From NCBI GenBank assembly GCA_038234505.1, contig JBBQTW010000001.1, forward strand, positions 1 through 44,433: a DNA stretch of 44,433 nucleotides, in the 5' to 3' direction. The position numbers and the translations under genes are program-made. This stretch comes from Candidatus Saccharimonadales bacterium. GTDB taxonomy: Bacteria > Patescibacteriota > Saccharimonadia > Saccharimonadales > UBA4665. Positions 9,310-17,076 of the stretch are shown one piece after another; the stretch's first letter is position 1, and each line of letters opens with the position of its first letter. The notes beneath the pieces were generated by a model. It worked only from the letters and a program-made list of their open reading frames with translations. It made no database searches and was not told where the DNA came from.

Positions 9310-9526
9310 ACCTTTAGAACTCACGTGTCTTTCCACTTCCGCCCAACGCTCGAAAATGCACAAAGCTTTCAGCAGCCCACGGGGGTCGGTTTATGATTCG
9401 GGTTCTAACAGTATCCATCTTCGGTCAATTATAGCTTAGGAGCCTCGATAATGCTCATGCTTGTGGAAGTCACCGTTCGGGTGCAGAATTATCTCATTCA
9501 TAGTATAGAAATAGGGAAGAGAAACA

Positions 9527-10813
9527 GTGAGCGAACAAAGAGAAGAGCGTGAAGTTGTCGATCGTGATTTGGTTGGTATGTATTTGGACGAAATATCACG
9601 AGAGCCGCTGCTCGATGCGGCCAAAGAGGTTGAACTGTCGAAAACGATAGAGGCCGGACTGTATGCAGCCCAGCTACTCGCTGATGGACGGGTTGGTCGC
9701 AAGAAAGGTGGTGCGCCTCTTTCGGCTAGCGAGGAAGAGCTTGAGTGGCTGGCAGATGAGGGCGCCAAAGCCGTGGATCAGTTTATTACTGCAAATCTCC
9801 GCCTGGTGGTTTCGACAGCTCGCAAATACAAGCATACGCAGATGCCGCAGCTCGATCTCATACAAGAAGGCAACGCCGGACTTATCCGGGCGGTCGAAAA
9901 ATTCGACTACATGAAAGGCTATAAATTTAGCACCTACGCCACTTGGTGGATTCGGCAGGCCGTCGTTCGCGGTATCGCCCAGCAAGCCCGCGTTGTCCGC
10001 TTGCCAGTTCATATAGTTGAAGAGCTGAGCCAAGTTGGCGGGGTTAGAAGTAGGCTGCAGCGCGAGCTCGGCCGTGAGCCAGAACCGGCCGAAATAGCTG
10101 CTGAGCTTGGCATGAAAGCCGACCGAGTGGTTGATTTGCTAGCCTGGGGACGCGACCATGTCAGTCTCGACACCCCCGTTGACGAGGATGGTGCTACCTC
10201 ACTTGGCGACCGGATGCCACAGTTAACAATGCCTGGACCAGGTGAGGCAGTAATTAACCAGGAGGCACAAGCAAGCGCGGGTATGTTGTTAGACGAACTT
10301 GATGACCGAGCCGCAGATATTTTGCGTTCCCGCTACGGTTTAGCTGATGGCAGGCAGAAAACGTTGGCTGAAATAGGCACGCAACACGAGTTATCTGCCG
10401 AACGGGTGCGGCAGCTCGAGCGTGAATCACTCGAAAAGTTACGTAAAATAGCTACTTTGGATGGCGCGACGGCAGTGTTAAACGAAATAGCAAAGCCGGA
10501 ACCAGAACTAGCTGTGGAGGCTGGCGAGATTGATACGGCCGTAGAGCTTGGCGGTGGCTACAGACGACGGCGCTTGACTCAGGCTGAGCTAACAGTCCTG
10601 CGCCAGCAATTTGCGGAGGGAGTGGACCTGACGCCATTGGGCATAAGTACGGAAGAGGCAGAACTCTATGAGCTTTACAGCCAACTAGGTTCATTTAAGC
10701 TTGTTGCCGAAAAGCGGAGTATTGGCTATTGCGATGCTAGGAACCGGATACTACGCTGCATAGAACTGACCCGTTCAGTGCTGTCAGAGGTTATAGCACA
10801 TCCCAGCTTTTAA
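9527..10813 (+). CDS. Second sigma-70-family factor (group-1/2-like) with ~115-aa C-terminal extension
   Basis: GTG start. [58 protein letters not shown]. Region 4 LAEIGTQHELSAERVRQLERESLEKLRK ends near aa 311 and is followed by extra sequence with no sigma motif. Confidence 0.9.
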   Translation: MSEQREEREVVDRDLVGMYLDEISREPLLDAAKEVELSKTIEAGLYAAQLLADGRVGRKKGGAPLSASEEELEWLADEGAKAVDQFITANLRLVVSTARKYKHTQMPQLDLIQEGNAGLIRAVEKFDYMKGYKFSTYATWWIRQAVVRGIAQQARVVRLPVHIVEELSQVGGVRSRLQRELGREPEPAEIAAELGMKADRVVDLLAWGRDHVSLDTPVDEDGATSLGDRMPQLTMPGPGEAVINQEAQASAGMLLDELDDRAADILRSRYGLADGRQKTLAEIGTQHELSAERVRQLERESLEKLRKIATLDGATAVLNEIAKPEPELAVEAGEIDTAVELGGGYRRRRLTQAELTVLRQQFAEGVDLTPLGISTEEAELYELYSQLGSFKLVAEKRSIGYCDARNRILRCIELTRSVLSEVIAHPSF

Positions 10814-10896
10814 GCCGCTACCGAGCCACAATCCTAGACGTACCCCTTACTGCATATGCTTGCAGCCGTGGCTAAAAAGCCGCAAGATAGTACGAC

Positions 10897-11163
10897 ATGA
10901 GTCCAGAAGGTATCAACGCAAAAAATTGGCGAGACTATGCAGCCTGCCTTGGGGAAGACCCAGAGTTGTTTTTTCCTATTGGCGAAACGGGTCCGGCAAA
11001 GCTCCAGATAGCCGAGGCTAAACAAGTTTGCCTGAGCTGCGATGCGAGAGAGCATTGTCTACAGTGGGCACTCGAAAGTGGCCAAGAACATGGCGTATGG
11101 GGCGGCTTAGACGAGAAAGAACTTAGGAGTGTGAAGCGCAAGGCCAAGCGTCGGTCCGTCTAA
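10897..11163 (+). CDS. whiB: WhiB-like (Wbl) Fe-S transcription factor
   Basis: 88 aa. Four Cys in a C-x26-C-x2-C-x5-C layout (AACLGEDP...VCLSCDAREHC), a GVWGG turn and a basic tail KRKAKRR. Confidence 0.85.
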   Translation: MSPEGINAKNWRDYAACLGEDPELFFPIGETGPAKLQIAEAKQVCLSCDAREHCLQWALESGQEHGVWGGLDEKELRSVKRKAKRRSV

Positions 11164-11198
11164 AATGGCGAGCCAAACCGTAACGCAGCGCTTCGCTG

Positions 11199-11204
11199 TA
11201 TACT
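11199..11204 (+). promoter_or_regulatory. -10 element TATACT, 6 nt upstream of the polA ATG
   Basis: TATACT 11199-11204, ATTTAC, then ATG 11211. No SD and no convincing -35. Confidence 0.4.
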
Positions 11205-11210
11205 ATTTAC

Positions 11211-13868
11211 ATGGTTTCCGTAACAGATAAGCGTAAGAAGTTAGTAATAATCGATGGCAAATCGGTGTTCTACCGAGGTTATTACGCTATGCCGAATTTG
11301 GCGACGCGCGATGGCAAGCCCACCGGTGGTGTCTTTGGCTTCGCCACCATGGCGCTGGAAGTTATTCGCCGACTGAAGCCCGACTATGTAGCGGTAGCTT
11401 GGGACAAGCCCAAGACCAATATCCGCCGCCGCCTGGAACTCTACCCGGAATACAAAGCTGGCCGCAAACCGGCCCCGGCCGACTTTTATGAACAAGTGCC
11501 GATACTGCATGATTTGCTAGATGCTTTCGGCTGGCCGCTGTACGAGCTGGACGATTACGAAGCCGACGATATTATGGGCACGCTGTCGGTGCAGGCGACA
11601 GCCAAAGATATCGACACACTACTTATCACCTCCGATATGGACATGCTGCAGCTCGTGAACGACCACGTGAAGGTCTATGCGCTGAAGACCGGCCTGAGTA
11701 ACATAGAATTGTATTCACCAGAGAGTTTCGCGGCCAAGTATGGCATAGCTGTCGACCAATTTTTAGACCTGAAGGCACTCAAAGGTGATAGCTCCGACAA
11801 TATCCCTGGCGTACCGGGTATTGGCGAAAAGGGTGCTGCCCAGCTGTTGCAGGAATACAAAACGCTCGATGGCGTCTACGAAAACGTTAGCCTGGTAAAA
11901 GACTCGCTGGCCAAAAAACTCACGGCCGGCAAAGACCTAGCTTATCTGAGCAAAAAACTCGCCGAGATATGGTGCGATGCACCACTGAAGCTGGATTTGA
12001 AAGCAGTTGATGGTCGCAAAGCTCAACCAGAGAAAATCCTCCAACTGCTGCAAGACCTGGAGTTCAAAAGCCTGGCCCGCCAGCTGCCAGATGTGCTGCA
12101 GGTAAAGATAGAAAATCACCAGCAGGCCACTGGCGGCACCAGCCTGCGGCCCGGCACGAACACTATTATTGATACTGCGGCTAAGTTACAAGATCTCAAA
12201 CTCGAAAGCACAAAGTTCATGTATATACACTCGCGCTGCGCGGGTAAGCACGGTCGTAAACCAGAGATTTTGATACTCAGCACCGATGGCAAGGCAACCT
12301 ACACGCTTGATTTGCGCAAACTCGACCACCAGACGATTGCACACAACTTCAAGGACGTAAGTCCATTGGTGGGGCACGACGTGAAGTCATCGCTGAAAGT
12401 GCTTATCGAGCTGGGCGTGAGCGATTTGCCGGCGGTCGGGCATGACACGCTCGTGGCTGGCTTCGTGCTCAACGCCCTCCGGCGTGATCAATCGCTTAGC
12501 GACATGGCGCGGTCGGACCTCGGCTATGATGGCTCGGATTTCGAGGACATGGACACCGACGAAGTTATCTCGCGGGCCGCCGAAATCATATCGGTTATTC
12601 ATGGTTTGCACGGTATGCAGGCCAAAGAGCTGAAGGCAACGCCCGGCTACGAGCAGCTGGTTACCGATGTCGAATGGCCAGTTATTCCGGTCCTGGCACG
12701 CATGGAATACATCGGTATTGAGCTGGATACCTCATATATGGCGAAGTTTGCCGAGCAGATTACTGATCTGATATCCGACTATGAACAACAGATTTACGGA
12801 CACGCCGACCAAGAATTTAACATCGCCAGCCCGAGCCAGCTAGCCGATATATTGTTCGACAAGCTCAAGCTGTCGACCCAGGGTATTAAAAAGGGGAAGA
12901 CTGGCTATTCTACTGCCGCATCGGAGCTCGATAAGCTGCGCGGCCAACACGCCATCATCGATCTTATTACCCAGTACCGCGAAGTCGCCAAGCTCAAAAA
13001 CACGTATGTTGACACGCTACCGCTGCTGGTAGATGAAAACTCCCGAGTGCACACAACATTTAGCCTCACAACGGCTCAAACCGGCCGCCTGAGCAGCCTG
13101 GACCCGAACCTGCAAAACATCCCAACCCGCACCGATCTCGGTCGCCATGTGCGCACGGCGTTCGTAGCGGCCAAAGGCAACAAGCTCGTGTCCGCCGATT
13201 ACAGCCAGTTCGAACTCCGTCTGGCAGCCTACTTGGCCGACGACAAAGAGCTTATCGACATGTTCAACCGTGATATTGATGTGCACACGGCGACAGCCGC
13301 GATGGTATCGGGCCGCGAGCTCGAAGATGTTACCAAACAGATGCGCAGCGCCGCCAAGGCCGTTAACTTTGGCATTTTGTACGGTATGAGTGCCCATGGT
13401 CTGGTAGCTACCACCGGCATGACGTGGGAGCAGGCGACGGCGTTTATCAAGCGTTACAAAGAAGTCCGCCAGCCACTGTTTGAATACATGGATAAGGTGA
13501 AAGAGCAGGCAAAAAAAGACGGCTATGTCGCCACACTGCTCGGTCGCCGTCGCCCAATGCCAGACATTCACTCCAGTAACTTCATGGTCCGCCAGGGTGC
13601 CGAGCGGGCGGCTATCAATGTGCCTATTCAGGGCACCGAGGCCGACTTGGTCAAACTCGCAATGATTCGCGTTGACGAAAAGCTCCGCGCCCAGCACAAC
13701 GATTGCAACATGCTGCTCCAGATACACGACTCCGTCCTCGTAGAATGCCCAGAAGCCGTCGCCGACCGCATCGCCGCGCTGCTAAAGGAAGAAATGGAAG
13801 CCGTCTACGAACTCCCAGTCAAACTGACGGTAGACACCACCATCGGTGACAACTGGGGCGAACTGTAA
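11211..13868 (+). CDS. polA: DNA polymerase I
   Basis: 5'-nuclease N-terminus KLVIIDGKSVFYRGYYAM. Polymerase motifs DYSQFELRLAAYL, RSAAKAVNFGILYG and LQIHDSVLVE. The central domain shows no obvious DxE ExoI motif, so proofreading may be absent. Confidence 0.95.
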   Translation: MVSVTDKRKKLVIIDGKSVFYRGYYAMPNLATRDGKPTGGVFGFATMALEVIRRLKPDYVAVAWDKPKTNIRRRLELYPEYKAGRKPAPADFYEQVPILHDLLDAFGWPLYELDDYEADDIMGTLSVQATAKDIDTLLITSDMDMLQLVNDHVKVYALKTGLSNIELYSPESFAAKYGIAVDQFLDLKALKGDSSDNIPGVPGIGEKGAAQLLQEYKTLDGVYENVSLVKDSLAKKLTAGKDLAYLSKKLAEIWCDAPLKLDLKAVDGRKAQPEKILQLLQDLEFKSLARQLPDVLQVKIENHQQATGGTSLRPGTNTIIDTAAKLQDLKLESTKFMYIHSRCAGKHGRKPEILILSTDGKATYTLDLRKLDHQTIAHNFKDVSPLVGHDVKSSLKVLIELGVSDLPAVGHDTLVAGFVLNALRRDQSLSDMARSDLGYDGSDFEDMDTDEVISRAAEIISVIHGLHGMQAKELKATPGYEQLVTDVEWPVIPVLARMEYIGIELDTSYMAKFAEQITDLISDYEQQIYGHADQEFNIASPSQLADILFDKLKLSTQGIKKGKTGYSTAASELDKLRGQHAIIDLITQYREVAKLKNTYVDTLPLLVDENSRVHTTFSLTTAQTGRLSSLDPNLQNIPTRTDLGRHVRTAFVAAKGNKLVSADYSQFELRLAAYLADDKELIDMFNRDIDVHTATAAMVSGRELEDVTKQMRSAAKAVNFGILYGMSAHGLVATTGMTWEQATAFIKRYKEVRQPLFEYMDKVKEQAKKDGYVATLLGRRRPMPDIHSSNFMVRQGAERAAINVPIQGTEADLVKLAMIRVDEKLRAQHNDCNMLLQIHDSVLVECPEAVADRIAALLKEEMEAVYELPVKLTVDTTIGDNWGEL

Positions 13869-14453
13869 ATGATAAAGGCGGTAATTTTTGATTGTTTTGG
13901 GGTGATTATCACCGATGCCTTGTCGGTGATCGTCGAGGAGGTGCGTGCGCGCGACCCAGAAGCTGCCGAGGATATTCGCGGGCTAGTGCACGCCAGCAAC
14001 AAAGGGCTTATCGACTCGCAGGAGTCGAACCAACAGATTGCAGAGATACTCGGTGTGGACTCTCAGAAGTACCAGCAACAGATACAGGACGGTGAAATAA
14101 AGGATCAGCGATTGATGGATTATATTGTTGAGCTGAAGCAAACATACCAGACGGCGATGCTTAGCAATATTAGCGTGTCCGGTGTCCACAAGCGCTTCAG
14201 CGACGACGAACTTGCGCAACATTTCGACACAGTGGTCGTATCTGGCGAAATAGGCTACGCCAAGCCGGAGCCAGAAGCCTACGAGATTGTAGCCGAGCGC
14301 TTGGGGCTCCGGCGCGAGGAATGTGTGTTTACAGATGATAAGCCAGAATTCTGCGAAGCCGCCAGGGCAGTTGGCATGCCGGCTATCGTCTACGAAAGTC
14401 TCGGCCAATTCAGAACCGACCTCGAGAAACTACTTGCCAAACAGGGCCAATAG
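13869..14453 (+). CDS. HAD-superfamily hydrolase (dehalogenase-like motif I)
   Basis: Motif I AVIFDCFGVI (Asp nucleophile; position D+2 is Phe) and a C-terminal FTDD motif. The ATG directly abuts the polA stop. Confidence 0.75.
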   Translation: MIKAVIFDCFGVIITDALSVIVEEVRARDPEAAEDIRGLVHASNKGLIDSQESNQQIAEILGVDSQKYQQQIQDGEIKDQRLMDYIVELKQTYQTAMLSNISVSGVHKRFSDDELAQHFDTVVVSGEIGYAKPEPEAYEIVAERLGLRREECVFTDDKPEFCEAARAVGMPAIVYESLGQFRTDLEKLLAKQGQ

Positions 14454-14462
14454 TGCTAAAAT
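14434..14462 (+). promoter_or_regulatory. Promoter TTGCCA-N17(TGc)-TAAAAT inside the HAD 3' end
   Basis: TTGCCA 14434-14439 and TAAAAT 14457-14462, with a 27-nt SD-poor leader to ATG 14490. Confidence 0.5.
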
Positions 14463-14489
14463 AGGTTTGTAAAAGAGACAGATCGACCC

Positions 14490-15050
14490 ATGCGTTTTAT
14501 TATCGGTGTACTTATAACCCTCGGCCTTATCATCCTCGTGCTGGTGATGCTGTTTCATGGCGGCGGCAAATCAACCCTGCCAAAGACACTTATCCTGAGC
14601 GATTACGCCCACAACGACTCTGTCGCCAAGCTTATTATCGATGGTCCCATTACGTCGCAGCAGACCCACCAGGAACTAGAGATAGACGTCAGCAGCAGCA
14701 ATGTAAACTTCACGCTCTACAGTGGCTATCAGCGGAATGTGGTCAAATCTCAGTCGTATGACAACAACGACGATGCCTACACCGACTTCCTGAAGTCGCT
14801 CCAAGTCGAAGGCTTTACCAAAGGTAGCACCAGCCCAGCGCTGAAAGATGAGCGCGGCGTGTGCCCGCTTGGCCAACGCGACATCTTTAGCTTTACCAAC
14901 GACCAGAACCAGCTGATGCGTTTCTGGTCGACATCGTGTGGCGGTGGCTCGTTCAAGGGCAAAACCGCTACCATAATTTCGCTATTCCAAAAACAAGTCC
15001 CTAACTACAGCGACTTGCTCGACAACACCAATTTTAACGGCGCGTTCTAA
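14490..15050 (+). CDS. Hypothetical membrane-anchored/exported protein
   Basis: N-terminal hydrophobic helix FIIGVLITLGLIILVLVMLF followed by a soluble domain with two Cys. Confidence 0.6.
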   Translation: MRFIIGVLITLGLIILVLVMLFHGGGKSTLPKTLILSDYAHNDSVAKLIIDGPITSQQTHQELEIDVSSSNVNFTLYSGYQRNVVKSQSYDNNDDAYTDFLKSLQVEGFTKGSTSPALKDERGVCPLGQRDIFSFTNDQNQLMRFWSTSCGGGSFKGKTATIISLFQKQVPNYSDLLDNTNFNGAF

Positions 15051-15056
15051 GCGCAG

Positions 15057-15296
15057 CTAGCGGATCCGCAGCACGATACGCTTGTCTGTCTGGGCGGCTG
15101 CCCGCAGTTCTGTCATCTTCAGCCGGAGTGTATTGGCCAGGGCAGCGCTCGGCGTCGTAACGATTATTTCGCGCTCGCGCATCTGGACTTCAACGTCGGC
15201 CTTATAATTTTTCTGAACAAATTGTTTGATAGCCGCCATCTCGCTCGGCTCGTCAAAATCTTTGTTCGCCAGTAAATCGGCTAGGGAATTGCTCAT
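15057..15296 (-). CDS. Small protein, possibly DUF721/DciA-like
   Basis: 79 aa. VQMREREIIVTTPSAALANTLRLKMTELRAAA..IVLRI resembles the DUF721 core (L.V.v.s.a.a..L). TGcGATAAT lies 8 nt upstream of the ATG. Confidence 0.45.
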   Translation of the reverse strand: MSNSLADLLANKDFDEPSEMAAIKQFVQKNYKADVEVQMREREIIVTTPSAALANTLRLKMTELRAAAQTDKRIVLRIR

Positions 15297-15491
15297 GGAT
15301 TACCATTATCGCAGCTAAAAATGCTTAAGCAAATATCATAGATGATATATTCTATATAATTATCCAACATTTTATGCAAAAACAGTTGACGAGGGCATAT
15401 TTACAGGGGTACCATAAAACACATGGTTAAAACAAAAACTAAAAACATGGGGCTATAAGGCTGTTCGACCAATCTATCAGAAGAAATTACT

Positions 15492-16172
15492 ATGCCCCAC
15501 CCAGAAAATATTGATTTAGAACAATTTCAGAGACGCGATCACGACGTATTACTTAAGAATGGGTATGACTCGTTGTTTGCGGAATCTTCAGAGCGAACTG
15601 CACGTAAAACTGTAGCGTCGGCTGTTGTAGACAGCACGGACCCGCACCCAGGTGCGTATTGGGAGACGGCGGCCGCAGCAGTGCCTTTGCCTGAATTAAC
15701 AGCTGCGAGTGCAATCGTTTCCGAAGCACATACTGTTTTAGCTGAAGCAAGATCACGACATGAAGATTATAGTTTGCGAGATGCATCACATGAGGAAATA
15801 ATCGCTATGATGCACGCTGTCAGCGGTAAGTACGGTGAAGAAGTGGCTACGAGCACAGGCACCGACCCCAAGAAACTTGAGATTGCACGAGTACAACTCG
15901 TCGATGCTTTAAAGCAAAAGATGCAGCAGCCAGATAGGGCTGATTATCACGAAGCGGTTGACTCTGCCACCTTTGTACTCACAGCAGTCGCGTTAGCTAG
16001 AATGCGCCAGGAAACAATGGACTCTGTCGAAAAAGTATTGGCAACGGATGCGTTAGGAAGCTTGCGCGAAGCCGGCGACTTAGAACTCATAAAACACCAA
16101 GAAAAAGTAGGCTACCACACAGGTGAAATCGCTGTCGCGGCAATTATGGGTTACGAACCAGTCATAGCATAA
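15492..16172 (+). CDS. Hypothetical protein
   Basis: 226-aa ORF with no recognisable motif. Possible TTGACG-N18-TACCAT at 15386-15415. Confidence 0.5.
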   Translation: MPHPENIDLEQFQRRDHDVLLKNGYDSLFAESSERTARKTVASAVVDSTDPHPGAYWETAAAAVPLPELTAASAIVSEAHTVLAEARSRHEDYSLRDASHEEIIAMMHAVSGKYGEEVATSTGTDPKKLEIARVQLVDALKQKMQQPDRADYHEAVDSATFVLTAVALARMRQETMDSVEKVLATDALGSLREAGDLELIKHQEKVGYHTGEIAVAAIMGYEPVIA

Positions 16173-16179
16173 GTTTCCT

Positions 16180-16188
16180 TGCTACAAT
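16180..16188 (+). promoter_or_regulatory. Extended -10 TGcTACAAT, 6 nt upstream of the mutM ATG (leaderless geometry)
   Basis: CTTGCTACAATT, TAGTGA, then ATG 16195. The Fpg N-terminus MPELPEVE fixes the start codon, and no SD is present. Confidence 0.55.
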
Positions 16189-16194
16189 TAGTGA

Positions 16195-17076
16195 ATGCCG
16201 GAACTCCCTGAGGTAGAGACTGTTCGTGTTGGTTTGAGCCGGCTTATTGTTGGCAAGACTGTGACGCACGCGGAGCATGACTGGCCGAAAAGCTTTCCAA
16301 ATGCGCCGGCCGATGTGCAGGAGTTCCTAGTTGGCGCGACTATTGTGAGTGTGCAGCGGCGGGCCAAGGTGTTGCTGGTGGAGCTGTCATCTAAATATTC
16401 GTTAGTGATACATCTGAAGATGACAGGGCAGCTGGTTTACCGAAGTAAAACAGAGGATTTTGGGGCAGGGCACCCCAGCGACTCATTCGTAAATCCACTG
16501 CCAGACAAATCGACTCGCGTGACACTCACATTTACCGACAAATCAAAACTATTCTTTAACGATCAACGGAAATTTGGCTGGGTGCGGTTGCTGCCGACTG
16601 TAGAGATTGCGGAGCTCGACTTCTTCAAAAAAGTTGGGCCAGAGCCGCTGGCCGACGACTTTAGCTGGCAGATAATGCGCGACCGGTTACTGCGGCGCCG
16701 GAACACAAACGTGAAAGCAGCCTTGCTCGACCAAACGGTCGTGGCCGGCGTGGGCAACATATATGCCGACGAGAGTTTGTGGGGGGCGAAAATTCATCCT
16801 GCCACCACAGTACGAGACATACCTGAGTCTAAGTTTAAAGCGCTGCATAAAGCCCTGCGAGACGTGCTGCAATTAAGCATCGACAAAGGCGGCTCCAGTA
16901 ACCATACCTATGTGGATGCTGAGGGCAAAAAAGGTAGTTATATGACGTTCGCCAACGTGTTTCGCCGCGAAGGCCAAGCCTGCCCGCGGTGTGGCACTAT
17001 CATCATCAAATCCCGCGTCGCTGGCCGCGGTACTCACACTTGCCCGTTCTGCCAGAAATTGCCGCCTACTTCGTAA
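16195..17076 (+). CDS. mutM: Formamidopyrimidine-DNA glycosylase
   Basis: Catalytic N-terminus MPELPEVETVRVGL and C-terminal zinc finger CPRCGTIIIKSRVAGRGTHTCPFCQ. Confidence 0.95.
   Translation: MPELPEVETVRVGLSRLIVGKTVTHAEHDWPKSFPNAPADVQEFLVGATIVSVQRRAKVLLVELSSKYSLVIHLKMTGQLVYRSKTEDFGAGHPSDSFVNPLPDKSTRVTLTFTDKSKLFFNDQRKFGWVRLLPTVEIAELDFFKKVGPEPLADDFSWQIMRDRLLRRRNTNVKAALLDQTVVAGVGNIYADESLWGAKIHPATTVRDIPESKFKALHKALRDVLQLSIDKGGSSNHTYVDAEGKKGSYMTFANVFRREGQACPRCGTIIIKSRVAGRGTHTCPFCQKLPPTS

Noticed and set aside
9310-9526. Riboswitch (for example a Mg2+ or cation sensor) in the leader of the P-type ATPase gene.
   Set aside because: Only an isolated TATAAT (minus strand, 9428-9433) without a -35 supports a long leader. 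I could not recognise any known aptamer motif or terminator/antiterminator pair.
10885-10896. Leaderless geometry for whiB (GATAGT upstream of ATG 10897) and for holA, ftsK and the PRTase fragment.
   Set aside because: The spacing is 5, 9, 14 and 8 nt respectively rather than 6, and the whiB hexamer lacks the leading T. They are not counted among the eight exact cases.
15423-15458. Mini-ORF MVKTKTKNMGL in the 15297-15491 intergenic region.
   Set aside because: It has no SD and no associated terminator or structure. An A-rich region is likely to contain such ORFs by chance.
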